Positions 48,601 through 61,128 of a stretch of 64,000 nucleotides of DNA are shown here, piece after piece (position 1 is the stretch's first letter; each line of letters begins with the position of its first letter). Under the pieces are notes generated by a model that was not told where the DNA came from, did no database searches, and saw only the letters and a list, made by a program, of their open reading frames with translations. The stretch lies in the NCBI GenBank assembly GCA_051294375.1, contig CM119269.1:22431808-22495807 (forward strand). The letters are read 5' to 3'. A program made the position numbers and the translations under genes. The stretch comes from Paraspadella gotoi (lineage: Eukaryota; Animalia; Chaetognatha).

Positions 48601-51498
48601 CGGGTGAGGGGGTGGTTACTGGTTATTGCTGGTGTTGTGGCAGAGTAATTTGCGAATTATTTTGAAAAAGATGGAGTTCATAAATCTCATTTGCCTTTTG
48701 TGTTTTGATTAACTATATATTTATCTTTTGCCTTCTCGGTTTAATATTGTTATTTTACCTTTTAAATGATTGTTTTTGGGCACCTCTTATAATTAGGCAT
48801 CCCTTATAGTGTTGTTGTAAAGTGAATTGAATTCTCTAAAAAATGACAAATTCGTATATTAATGTTAATGAACTTGAACCTTTATTGATGGCTTTTGATT
48901 TCTCTCTTTAGGCCCTTGCCCTCCTTGCCCTCAAACCGTCACCAATTCCTGCTACTGCCGCAAATCCCTTCCTAAACTCGTCCGATGCGGAAATCGAGTC
49001 TGGAGTTGCGGCAAACTCTGTGACGGCCCGCTTTCTTGCGGTCGCCATGCTTGCAAGCTGCCCTGTCATCCCGGCGACTGCCAGCCTTGCAACAAAAAGT
49101 CGACAAGGCGCTGCCGCTGCGGCCGCTCGGAGGCGACGACCCCCTGCGCCGATCCGCCCTTCGACTGCGGCCAAGTCTGCGGCGCGCCCTTTCCTTGCGG
49201 ACATCACGTTTGCGAGAGAGTGTGTCACGAAGGGGCCTGCGGGCAGTGTCCCCTGACGGATCGACGGACTTGTCCGTGCGGAAAGAAATCCGTCTCTAAT
49301 GTTCCGTGTACTCAAGAGATTCCGGGTGAGAGAGAGAGAGAGGGAGAGAGAGAAAGAGAGAGCGATATTAAGTCAATTTCATTAGGCTAAACTCGTCCAT
49401 TATTTTTTTTCTCTCCCACAAAAGGTTGCGGCGACACTTGCGGGAAACTCCTCGCCTGCCGCAAACACCGCTGCCACGAACGCTGCCACGCCGGCCCCTG
49501 TGTGACCTGCCGCGACGTGGCGGAGAGGAAATGTCGCTGCGGACGTCATCGCCGAAAAATCCAATGTTCGGACGAATCCGAGTTCCATTGCCAAGACAAA
49601 TGCCAGAAGCTGAAGGACTGCGAACGCCATGCCTGCAAGAGGAAGTGCTGCGACGGGAACTGCCCGCCCTGTGAGAATCCCTGCGGACGGACGTTGGGAT
49701 GCGGGAAGCACAAATGCGTCAGTCGGTGTCACGTGGGAAGGTGTTATCCTTGCGGAGGTGAGGCGAGAGAAAAAGAGAAGAGAGAGAGAGAGAGCGAGCG
49801 AGCGAGCGGGGAAATTCGGTAGTAAATTCAGAGTGAAATGTATTTTCTTTTTTAATTTTCCTCTTTCTTCCTCTTCTATCCATCTTCCCTTTTTTTCTTT
49901 CTGTTTTCTTTTTCTCCCTATTTCTTAATTTTCTTTTTTTTTCCTTTTATGCTTTCCTTTTCCTCCCTTTTCTCTTATTTCCTTTTTTTCCCCTAATATT
50001 TCCTTTTCCTACTTTTTTATTTTCCTTCCCATTTTATATTTTGTTTTTACTCCCATTTTTTTTTCTTTTCCTTTCTCTCCACCTTCCCCCAATTTTTCTT
50101 TTTTCACTTCCCTTCCTCACTTTTCAATTCTTTTCCCCCCCTCTTCCTCCCTTCTTCCTCCTGCCTCCCCCTCTTCCTCCCCTTCTTTCCTCCTGCCTCC
50201 CCCCTCTTCCTCCCTCTTCTTTCCTCTGCCTCCCCCCTCTTCTTTCCTCCTGCCTTCCCCCCTCTCCACCAGTCACCAAAGACCTCAAATGTTTCTGCGG
50301 TTTCACCGTCGTCACTTTCTTTGCGGCGACCGCCACCGCCCCGACGAAGCCGCCCCGCTGCGTCAAGCCCTGCCGCATTCCTTCCGCCTGCCATCATCCT
50401 CGCCGCAAACCCCACCGCTGCCACTTCGGCGAATGCCCGCCCTGCGCCTTTGTATGCCACGAGCCACTCCAAGGCTGCGACCATTTCTGCGACTCCGTCT
50501 GCCACGACAACGTCGTCGTCGAAACTGTGGACCGAGTCAAACGCGCCGGTCCGTGGGAAAAGGCGCCGGAGACGAAACGAGAGATCGTCAAGGCGCCGTG
50601 CCCTCCTTGTCCGGTGCCCGTCCCGATCGAGTGCGTGGGCGGGCACGTGGAGCGAGATGTGCCCTGCGCTGAAGTAGCGCCGTGGAGTTGCGGCGTCGAA
50701 TGTGGGCGTCATCTCTCCTGCGGGAATCATCGATGCGCGCTTCCTTGTCACGAAGTCGAAGCCAACGACGAGACGTTGGCCTCCGATTTCGCCGGCGACA
50801 ATTGTCTCCCTTGCGAGAAGCCTTGCTCTTTTCCTCGTCCATCTGGTTGCAATCACAAATGCCCTAAAGGAGCTTGTCATCCGGCCGGCGAGTGCCCTCC
50901 TTGCAAGAAGATGGTCAAATTTCGTTGCCATTGCGACAACGTGGTCAAGCATCTGCCTTGTCTAGAAGTCAACGGGGTCGAGCCGGACGTCTTCGAGGCA
51001 GCGAAATCCTGCGGCGGAAATTGCCCCAAATCTCTGGATTGCGGTCACCCCTGTGGGCTCGCGTGCCATTCGGGTCCTTGCTCCGCGGGGCCCGACCCTG
51101 CCGCCCTCTGCAAGGCCAAAGTGGCCGTCAAGTGCGCCTGTAAAAGGATCAAGCGAGACTTTCCCTGCCCCGAGGCTCGACGCGGCGCTGCGGTGCCCTG
51201 CGACGCGAAATGTGCTGCGGCGCTGGAGGCTAAGCGGCTGCGGGAAGAGGAGGAGAGAAGGAAGAAGGAGGAAGAGGAGGAGGAGAGACGGAAGAAAGTG
51301 GCGGAGGAATTCGAGAGGAGACAGAGAGGACCGAAGAGGACGAGGAAGAATCGATCAAGGGGAGAGAGCGAGTCAATGGGCGTGCCGTGGCGGGCGAGGC
51401 TGCCCTCGGTTAAGAAGTGCTTCGTCGTTTCGGCGATCGTCGTTGGCGTCGGCGCCGTCGTTGGGGCTGCGATCCTCGGGTTGACGATGGAGGATTGA
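45641..51498 (+). CDS. NFXL1: NF-X1-type zinc finger protein NFXL1, multi-exon
   Basis: RING/PHD CLVCIGTVKKNDPVWSC..CFALFHLPCIQKW..WQCPKCR, PHSCGEVC, many NF-X1 repeats (CG.H.C...CH.G.C..C), a coiled coil and a C-terminal TM helix typical of NFXL1. Confidence 0.93.
46233..47460 (+). mobile_element. Helentron-associated (HINE/DINE-1-like) non-autonomous element in NFXL1 intron 1
   Basis: T-run, then subterminal IR atcgtcgcaat (46239-46249) with a proximal inverted partner ttgcgacgat (46260-46269), a short (cgt)n microsatellite, and a 3' partner attgcgacgat (47429-47439) followed by a T-run. Confidence 0.55.
48064..48615 (+). repeat. ~33-37-bp minisatellite containing the NFXL1 exon/donor junction (two arrays); ~210-bp spacer duplicated at ~48275-48478 and ~48685-48888
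   Basis: About ten units of tgtcatccgg|gtgagggggtgattgttgttgtta in 48064-48270 and 48478-48615. Confidence 0.88.
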
Positions 51499-51991
51499 AA
51501 GGATAGAGAGAGACAGAGAGAAGAGAGAGAGAGAGAAAGACTCGCTCTCGCTATTCTGACTCCTTTTGTCTTTCGGATTCATCGTTATTTTGTACACTTC
51601 ATCTTGTTTTTTCTCTAAAATTTGATCTTTAAACAATCGCTCAACCTTGGTTACTCCGTTGCCGTCTCCATGGTAACGGTATGTTGATTTACTTTGAAGA
51701 CCGGAAAACATTCGGTCTTAAAACGTAGTCGAGATTTAGTTGGTATCGAGTCTTATTGTCAGTTACAAGAGATTGATTCAACTGTTTTCCTTTTTTTTTC
51801 AAAATTAGATATGTTTATTAGCAACAAAAATTGGGTACGAGTAAAATAAACTTGTTCGGATGAGTCAACAACCATCTCGGTTCTAGTCAAATCAGGAAAA
51901 GTCACGAAGGTGAGAATTATATTATCTTAAATTGGTTGAACAAATTTTATTATATATAGAGTACAATATAGTATTCCCCGATCTAATACTT

Positions 51992-54900
51992 AATTCTATC
52001 ATGTAGCTCCTCTCCACCACGCCGATGCTCTNNNNNNNNNNNNNNNNNNNNNNNNNTTTGGTTCCAGATGTCGTGTGTCCACAAGAAAGACAAAAGAGAA
52101 AAGCAGAAGGAGTAGACTCCTCCTCCTCCTGCTCCTCTCCTCCTCTTCCTCCTCTCAGCTCCATTCTCGGGATGCATCGGAAGGGAAAATCACTTTTTGT
52201 TTCACGACCACGTGTTCACTGGTTTTTTTCGTGAAAGTTATTTTTTGCGTTATTTTTGCATTGTCTGCATTATTTTTGCATTATTTTTTGGATTGTTCTT
52301 TGAAATATTTTTGAATATTTTGAAGTGTTTCAGTTTTCTGAATACTGGATTATCTTTATTTGCGAAATTTCTTTTCGTATTGGCTTTTTGATCCATCTTA
52401 TGTCTGAGAACTCGCGGATCAGAGTCGAGCCCCGCCTTTTTAGCGGCCGAAAGCGAGCGGCACTTCTCCTCTTCAAAAAGGAGCGGCCCAGGAGCCGTTC
52501 ATGGACGTGAGCTGTCTCCTCCTCCTCCACCTCCCGGACCGGCTCCCGCATCTCCGCTCAGTAAGCGAGATGGCCCGGTAGGGCGCCGCCGGGTTTCTCT
52601 TCGTCGCGTCTGGTGCGATCAAGAGATCGAATGCATCGTCTTATTCTTCGGCGTATGGTGGCTCGGGGGCAGAAAGGTGCGTTCGGAAGTCCCGGCTAGT
52701 AGCCTAGAAACGAATCAGCTCGACGTCATCCAATCTGGTTTTTCTATTGTGCAACAACAGTTGGAGGCCTTTCAAAGGTCGATGCGTCTGGAGATGGACT
52801 TCTTTAAGCGGTATGTTTATTTTTTATGATTCGCTTTGAATTTTTTCGCCTGCGCGTACATTACATGAAATTTTTTCGAAATATTTTCGCTCCACCAATT
52901 CGACTTGTTTGTTTGTTTTTCTCTTCTTGCCGCTCTCGTTACAGAGCATCGGCGTGTGGAGAGGAGCTACATGATAGAATTTTTGGTCTCAAATGGAACC
53001 GGGATTCTTCATGGCTCCTCTCACCACGCCACCTACCGCCGTCCACCTGCTGCACCACCGTGTGGTGGAGTCTCGTTGTTTTTGTCTTTTTGGTTCCTTC
53101 TAATTTTTTCGTTTTTTTTTTTACATTTGTACACCATCTTCGTGGCTCCTGGAATCTCACTGTATGTGCTGTATTTCCATCTTCGCTGATTCTTCAGATT
53201 AGTCATGCCCTGCTTGTTATTTTGGGTCGACCTGCATACCCCGACTTTCCCAATCGGCGCCGACCTGTGGTTCGCCGAATGCTTCCTTATACGACTACGT
53301 TGGATTTGTTTCTGGTTCGGTAGATTCGCTCTATTTCTGATGCTAAGTTGATACCTTTTTGCCGCAACGAAATTGTATTCATCCAGGATTGATTGTCAAC
53401 AATCGGATATAGTCTTCATGCGGTGCTGGCTAAGCTCTAATGATGGTATGGCAGCCTGGTCAAGGCAGCTCTGTATTCGCTAGATGGGTGGGATGGTGCT
53501 TCTCCACCAGAATTGTGGACTCCGCGCGAAAGGGACGAGTTGCTGTGTCTGCCGCAGTTCGTGCTGTTGGTTAAAGACCGCAAGATCGGCGCCGTATTAC
53601 AAACAGCAGTGCGCGTCCGATGAATGTGGTGCCGGTTGCGCACTCTGTATTGCATTACAGCGGATGGATTGCGTCTATTGTCAATTCTCTCAGAGCGTCC
53701 GACGCGGCATCCGAGCAGCGTGGCTTACTGGAGGTCTTGGCGCCCCTCTCAAGGATTCTGCGACCATGTGGCCTCTTCTTTCAACGCAGCCTTGGTTGAA
53801 GCCTCGGCGTTCATAATGCCGTCGGCTCCAAGAGCTCAAACCCACTCTTTCGGATGCGGGTCCTTCGGGGGTCTTTTTTGGAAATCGCCGCTACAGACGT
53901 TACTGCTGCGATTCACTCTTCCTGTTCAGGAGTCAGAGCTTCTCGACCTAAGAGACCTATTTCCAAGATTCTAGAAGCGTCTACAACCCCAAGTCCTCCA
54001 GGAACTTTCGAGCTGCGCCGCAAGTCTACTTCCGTCGACCAAGCGTTCGGAAAGGGGAGTCAGGGGCGTCAAAGGACAGCCAAAGGGACTCCTCGATGCT
54101 GCCAGTTACGGCCGTTGCCTCGTCCGGCCCTTCAGGATTTTCAGACCCGGATTTGTCTCAGGACACGATTCTCGGTTCTCCGGCCCTTCTCCCCTCTGTT
54201 CCAGTGGGGGCAGATTACGTTTTTTCCTTCCTTTTTGTAAGAAGTTGGTGGAAAAGATTCCCCGTTCTCAGAAACGTCAGGTGTTTCGCCATTTCGGGCG
54301 CAAGAGGATCCGGTCAGGATGCCAGTTCCTGTCGGACGAGACCCCTTCTTTTTGAGAGAGATTTCTTAGTGGACCGCGGAGGTTGTGCCGCATTGGAGAA
54401 GAGGGGGCTATAGAGGAGTCCCTCCGTCTCCGGCTTCTTTTCGAAGATTTTCTGAGGTCACAAAAGACGGAGGTGGAGACCTATTCTGAACCTCAAGAGG
54501 CTTCAACAAGGCTTTCATTTCCCCCCCTTTACTTTCGCAATGTGAGGGGACTCAAGGAACGTCCGGAAGGATGCGGCCCGACAGGAGATTGGGCAGCCTC
54601 GATCGATTTCGCGTGCTTATCTCCATCTTCTCTCCGATTCATCGCAAGTTTGCCGTTTTATTTGGAGAGGCAAGATTCTAACCAGGCTACAAGGTTCTGC
54701 CTTTCGTCTTGCTACAGGCCCCTGGTTGTTTACCAAGACGGACTCCCCCTCTGGTGGCTTGGCTACGTGCGAGAGCATTCGATGTCTGTTCTACATCGAC
54801 GATATTCTCATTCTGGGCACGTCCATGGAGAGTGTCTTTCCAACACCCGAGTGGCCCTGCAACTTCTCAATGATGCAGGCTTCGTCATTCACCCCAAGAA

Positions 54901-57166
54901 GTCAAGTTTAGTCCCTCTCAGAGCTTACAGTTTCTGGGTCTCCTGTGGACGGGGCGCTTCATCAGTTGCGCTTCCACAGCGGAAGATTTCGCTCTCAGGT
55001 CTTGGCTTTGTCCCTATTAGAAGGGACCACTCCATCAAGCCCGTCAGTTCTTCAGCTCATGGGTCATGTGGCTGCAGCCATCCCGGCGTCTCCGGTTCTC
55101 CGTTGCAGATCGACGCGATTCAACAGGACCTCAATCTTGTTTATCATTCGGAGAGGGATTTGGAGAGAAGGGTTCTCTTCTCGGAGGCTGCGAAGGAGGA
55201 ACTTCTTTGGATTTCGACGATCATCCAGGGGTTTGCACGACGCCGATCGACGACCTTCTTCCGGAGATGTGCTCCTTGGAAGTGACGACAGATGCCTCCA
55301 TGGAGGGTTGGGGCTTTCTGTTTCGCGGAGTCCTTCACCAAGGAGTTTGGGAGGATGCGGTTGCCCCTCTCCATATAACTGTGAAGGAGTACATGGTACT
55401 ACTCAAATTCCTGCGTTCCTTCGGCGCTCAGATTTGCGACAACAATCTTCTGTGGAAGACGGACAGGTGGTGTCCTCGCTTGCCTCCGCGTTGTTGCAGC
55501 CGTTCGCCATTCTCACGAGATTGTGAGAGTCTCTTCTCATTGCGGAATCTCAGCGGATCCGGATTGTGGGTGTTCACATTCCCTCAGAGGAGAATTTGGT
55601 TGCGGATGCAGCTTCCCGCGGAGAGCAGTTCAAGATTGGCACTTATCCTCAAGTTTTTCGGCGGGATGTCGGGACCTTGGTCTCCCTCAGATCGACCTTT
55701 TGCGACGAGTTCCTCTCGTCAGGTTCCTCGCTTCGTTTCTTGGAAGAGGGAAAAGGAAGCGGAGGCTCTCGATGCCCTGAGTCAAGTTTGGACCTTCGAT
55801 CGGGCCTTTGTCTTTCCTCCCCTCCCTCTGATCCCTCGGGTGATCCTCAAGCTGAGGGAGGCTGTGGGGGAGTTCCTTTGGTAACTCCGTTTGGCCAGCC
55901 AGAAAGTGGTTTCCGTCTCTGCTGGATCTTCATGTGTTGGAGGCGCGACGCCTCCCTTGGTCTCGCTGATTGGTGGTCGACCTGGCCTTGGACGACGTTC
56001 CGTCGCTCCTAGATCCCCTCAAGTTGGTCGTCTGGAGGATTATCGGCGGGCCGGAACTTTCAGACGTCAGCGATTCAGCCTTCTCTCTATTTGCCAAGAG
56101 TTGGAGAGTCTCCACTGATTCCCGTACGAAAGGGCTTGGAAGTCCTTCGTCTCCTTCCTTCAAGGTCGGGACCTTCGAGGAGATCAAGCTTCTGTGAAGG
56201 ATGTGCTGATTATCTCGCCCATCTAAGTGACAACAGGTTTCCTATAGCACTAATCAATTTGCATAGATCGGCGATTCTTGCGACTCTTCCTTTGGTGGAG
56301 GTGCTCCTATTGGTCAGCACCCATTAGTTGCCGTTTGCTCCAAAGGAGTTTTTCAGCTACGGCCTCCTCGCGCCGGATCTACCCAGCTTGGAGTGTGGCT
56401 GCGGTTTTGCGCGTTTTGATTGATGCCTTCCCGTTATCACCTTATGATATTCTATGCAAGACTACGTTTCTTCTTGCATTTGGCTTCCGCTAGGCGACCT
56501 TCTGAATTGGTCTCCTTGCAATGTCGTCCTAGACCACATGTTTTGGTTGAGGACCACGTACGTTTCGTGCCTCCAGGCTTTCCAAGACGGATCGATTCGT
56601 TCATCTGGCCCTGTTTTTCGTTTGATCGACTGACCGGTTCTGTAGATGCCCGGTCCTGGCCTTGCTTCCTGGTTGTCCGTCAGACAAGTTCTGCGGGCCT
56701 CATCACACGATTTCTCTTCTCTTCCCTGCGCCGCCTCATGGACCTTTGTCTCTCCAGCGTTTTGCCGCCCTAATCAAGTCAGTCTTTAGAGATGCGGATA
56801 TCGACGCGCCTCCTGGATCTACTCGCGCTATGGCAGTGTCGGAGGCCTTCGCTAAAGGAGTGACTTGGATGTCATCTTCGTGCTGGAGATTGGTCAGGCG
56901 CTCAGACCTTCTTTCGTTTTATTGTCGGGAGTCGGCTTGGGCTACTCTTCAGCGGGGTCTTGTGGATGAGTGATTTTCCCTTCCGATGCATCCCGAGAGA
57001 TTGGAGCTGAGAGGAGGAAGAGGAGGAGAGGAGCAGGAGGAGGCAGGAGTCTACTCCTTCTGCTTTCTCTTTTGTCTTTCTTGTGGACACACGACATCTG
57101 GAACAAAAGAGCATCGCGTGGTGGAGAGTAGCCATGAAGAATCCCGGTTCCATTTGAACCAAAATT
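51992..57166 (+). mobile_element. DIRS1-like tyrosine-recombinase retrotransposon (frameshifted in this assembly)
   Basis: ITRs ~51992-52194 and ~56969-57166, ICR ~52943-53030. RT (RPILNLK, CLFYIDDILILG), RNase H (VTTDASMEGWG, NLVADAASR), DAM-like methyltransferase (IDLFA..AFVFPP..IPRVILKL) and YR (LASARRPSEL, GSTRA, GDWS..FY). Confidence 0.93.
54380..55920 (+). pseudogene. DIRS pol region: reverse transcriptase, RNase H and methyltransferase-like domain
   Basis: YIDD at ~54792-54803, TDAS at ~55288-55299, FVFPP at ~55807-55821. Reading frames are broken by many single-base indels. Confidence 0.85.
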
Positions 57167-57679
57167 GAATTGAAACATTACTTTGAACATTATACCACTT
57201 CATTGATAGGAAGCCAGGTACTCTGGGAGTGAATAAACGAGACTGTGAGAAAGTCTTGATTGAAAGCTTGCAGGGATTGCTATGTCATTATCTTGTAAGA
57301 GTGATGGAGGCCTTAAACCCCTAAGCCTGTCCAAAGTCAGGGCAAAATAGCTTATTTATTAAATGAATGGATAATTTTATATTGGTTTACCAATTTCATT
57401 GAAGTTTGTCGCAATATTTTTTTATTGTTTGTTCGGGTATTATGAAAACGTCTTGGAGCTTGCCCGAATGCCGTCTTTATGAAATTCGATATATATATAT
57501 ATTTTAAATTTTGCTTATTATAAATGTATTTGAATCGCCTCCCAATTTATCCACCTTAAAAAAACTAAGCTCATTTTAATTGCTTTTTAATAATTAATCA
57601 ACCCTAAATTATTTATTTATCTATTGTGCCAATTATGCAAACTCACTGGTTCTCACAATAAATAAATTCATATTCATTA

Positions 57680-60600
57680 TTCAAAACCTGTTGCGGCTTA
57701 GTCCTGCGGGATCGATACCGCCTCACTCTTGTTTCAAACATGTCGCACAAACATGAGAATTACGTATAAAACGATAACAATGACGGATGACAATAACGAT
57801 AGCAACGATGACTACTACTTTGTCTCGCTACCATCGTCAGTCGCTTGGACTGGTTCATCTCCACCGGATCCTCGACGACTCATTGGACGAATCCGAGTCC
57901 AAAGGTTGACGGCTTGGAGGCTCGACCGACGTTTCCCGCTTCGTCGAGCCCACCACGACGACCTGTACGACCCCGGCCCGGCGTCGGGAGGCTGCCACGT
58001 TGAGGTCATTGGTTCCGTCTCTCCGGGTCCCACCGTCGACGCCGTCTCTCGCTCCTCGCTCCCGTTAAAAGATCCTCGATCTGTTAGGGCGAAGAGGAAT
58101 CTGATACCCGGTCCACGTTACCCTCGTGTAGTCGTCCCCTCGGCCGTGAAGGTCAGTGTCAGCGTTCCCGTCGAGAGAGACGTCCCCACAAGCGGAGATC
58201 AACGATACGATCCAAAAAAAAAGAGGAGATATAATCAGTCGAACCACGCTAATAAGAGCCGGGTGACGACCACGGGGGTTCTTAATCGAGCGGCTTGACG
58301 AAACGATTCCGAATCCTTCGCGACAACACCGGTAAGGGTCTGACAAAAAAATCATAAACGAGCCCCTAACGCAGTCTTAGACCGAAGATAAAAACTGGTG
58401 CTCACGAGTGAGACAAAAGAGAGTCTAATACAATAGTATACAAACAAACACCGGTAAGTAAGAATAAAAAAAATTACAAACATGCGCCCATGAAATCACT
58501 ACTAGAATCAAAACGAACAAAATAAGCAGAATAAAGATAGTAAAAAAAATGAAAAAAAACACACACATGAGAAAAGATAGACGAAAGAGTAGACGCCGTC
58601 GTCGATCGACGCGTCCGCCCCACGACCGTCGTCTCGCCAATTCCAGTTGCAGGCTCAGTCCTCTCCGGGTCGATACGATCAACGCGAAAAACTATGAAGC
58701 CTCAAAACATGGATTCCCTCCGCGAGTCGCTATTCCACGTAGATGGTCAATGCGACGGGTATTCGACGTCTATTAGATTTAATTGAAGAATAAATCGTCA
58801 GCGCGAAAACCGTTGTTGTTTTCCCGATTTCCCGCGCTTGTAGTTAAGACGTTTGACTTTATACGTTTGATAAGGAAGTCGTAGATCTTTCGAATGAACG
58901 TATAATCCCAACGACCCCATTCTCAGCGTTTTCTGGAATCGAGACGATCGTCTTCATCCAGAATCGCTTCGTAAGTTGTCGTCCTTCTCGAGTGAGCTTC
59001 CGACGGGCATCGTCAGCGTGACTCGAATCCCGGCGCCGGATTTTCCGAATCCCGGTTCTCCGTAATCAAGATAATTTGTGTGTCTCGTCCCACGGAGGAT
59101 CGACGTTGACCGAGTACGGTCAGTGAATCGAGTTACCGATGGCGCCGGCTCAGCATGGCCAAAGACATAATCTTCTTTTCTTCGACTGTCGTTCGTCGTC
59201 GTCTCCGCAAGGGTTTTTGGCGAAGGCTTCGTTGAGGAATTTGATTTTACGTTGTTCGAATCGAAGAAGAAGTTGCCGCCGAAAGCTTTCGCGATTTCAA
59301 CCGATCGAAGCATCGCCGCGTCCTTGGTAAAGGCTGATGGTGTCGACGAAAAATTGGCTCGATTGAGGGCAGTGATGACCAGATAATCTTTTGGCCGGTG
59401 GAATGTTTTGTATGCCATCGGTTTCAACAGCATTATACGGTCGCCGCTTCTCGTGCGGCCGAGATTCTCCACTCCTTTTAGAAGACCCGAGCCGATGCTG
59501 GTAGATCCATCCGTGTCGGGAGGGCAAGATCTATTGACGAAATTTGATTCTGCTCCTCTCCGTCCCGGTAAGCTTTCTCATTCCGCACGATTTCTCCGTC
59601 CGAGCTGAAAAATGCTGTGACTACTTCCGTATTTTCGTTCAAACGTGAAAGCGGATCAACTTTGCAACCCTTGTTCATCTTTTCCATTTGTCACCGTCCA
59701 TCGCTGCCCGCTGTGTCAGAACGAGCGAGATGCGGCATCGAGGCGCATCCTTTTTCGCTTTCAGCGACTAACTTGTGGCAGATATCCGTTTTTTAATATT
59801 CTAGGAGGGTTGGCCTTTCTAAAGTCCTCGTGCCTCCAGCATCACTCCCACGAACTCTTTTCCTTCGCAGAGACGATTCATTCTGTTGGGCGCTTCGTCG
59901 TTGTGTCTGTGGTTTTCGTCGGCCGCTAGAATCGCAAGTACTGATCCACGTTCGTCGTTCCTTGTTGTACATGAGGGGGCTTTGGAAGGATTGGCGATTG
60001 AATTCCGGGATTAAAAAACGGCATTTTGGCGTTGGTTGGTCGACCCTTGATTAATTGACAGGGTTTGTATTCTTCCCCTTCCCGTCACCTGCAGAGAAAT
60101 CTCAGGTGAACGAGAGAGAGCAAGAATGATGAAAGAAGTAAAACTGTTTTATGAGTGTCCTTTGAGAACGATTACCAGTTACCTCGATTATTTTTCCTTT
60201 TGTGCTGAGCGAACATCGAACGGCTTCGCGTTGTCTTGTTGAATAGTACCCACTGTTGGTCTCCCTCTTCGGGTATTCCTCTTGCAAACCCCACCGGTAG
60301 TGACCCCACTCGTGAACGACGATTCTTTTCCGACATTTCGTAGTCTCGAGTTACTTTACTTTGGGTCAAGTAGGCTGTGTTAGGTGGACGAACTCGCTGG
60401 CCACGGTGCGAGACTCTTTCCTCTTAGAAACGCTGACCAGTACGATTTCTGTACGGAATGGACGAATTTACTTACTTGGTCTCCACACCACCGAAACTCT
60501 TCACGTACGGACGTTCCGTACTGTTGTTTTTTCGGCCGCCACGACAAAGTCCGCGCCGGAGTAAGTTTCCTTTCTTGGTAATACTCGCCTTTGCTCCAAG

Positions 60601-60777
60601 TGGCTGGGATCAATTGGTGACTTCCTTGAAGTAAGCTCTTCGCTTGGTCGAGTCGTAAGCTGTTGGACCTGAAGTGAGACGCGCTTTCACACCCTCGACG
60701 ATAGCGTCGTCCTCGACACTCGGCGTGGATGGCGACGACGACGCGGTGTAGCCGTTTGGCGATCAGTTGACGCCATC
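57680..60777 (-). pseudogene. Error-rich near-full-length copy of a CLCA (calcium-activated chloride channel regulator) gene
   Basis: Piecewise translation gives NGY..VVVAI, RAYFKEVT..IPATW, HEWGHYRWG (60300-60314 = HEWGH) and central/C-terminal pieces matching 62873-64000. ~58200-58620 is very low quality. Confidence 0.75.
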
Positions 60778-61128
60778 TCTCTCTTTTTTTGAGCAGTTCA
60801 AGATTGGCACTTGGATCCTCAAGTTTTTCGGCGGATCGTCGGGACCTTTGGTCTCCCTCAGATCGACCTTTTTGCGACGAGTTCCTCTCGTCAGGTTCCT
60901 CGCTTCTTTTCTTGGAAGATGGAAAAGGAAGCGGAGGCTCTCGATGCCCTGAGTCAAGTTTGGACCTTCGATCGGGCCTTTGTCTTTCCTCCCCTCCCTC
61001 TGATCCCTCGGGTGATCCTCAAGCTGAGGGAGGCTGTGGGGGAGTTCCTTTGGTAACTCCGTTTTGGCCAGCCCAGAAGTGGTTCCGTCTCTGCTGGATC
61101 TTCATGTGTTGGAGGCGCGACGCCTCCC

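Noticed and set aside
50104-50952. Long antisense ORFs over NFXL1, the esterase-like gene (43231-43989) and CLCA
   Set aside because: Shadow frames of GC-rich coding exons with no recognisable motifs.
51663-51677. RFX X-box-like gtctccatggtaac
   Set aside because: Single short match downstream of NFXL1 with no associated gene start visible; cannot be supported.
58425-58776. Hydrophobic or basic ORFs in 58200-58780
   Set aside because: The region is a corrupted version of ~63390-63890, so the ORFs are base-calling noise.
60375-60410. SEFVH as a degenerate HExxH in CLCA
   Set aside because: It corresponds to the upstream GEYIHLT-like segment; the true HEWGH is intact at 60300-60314.
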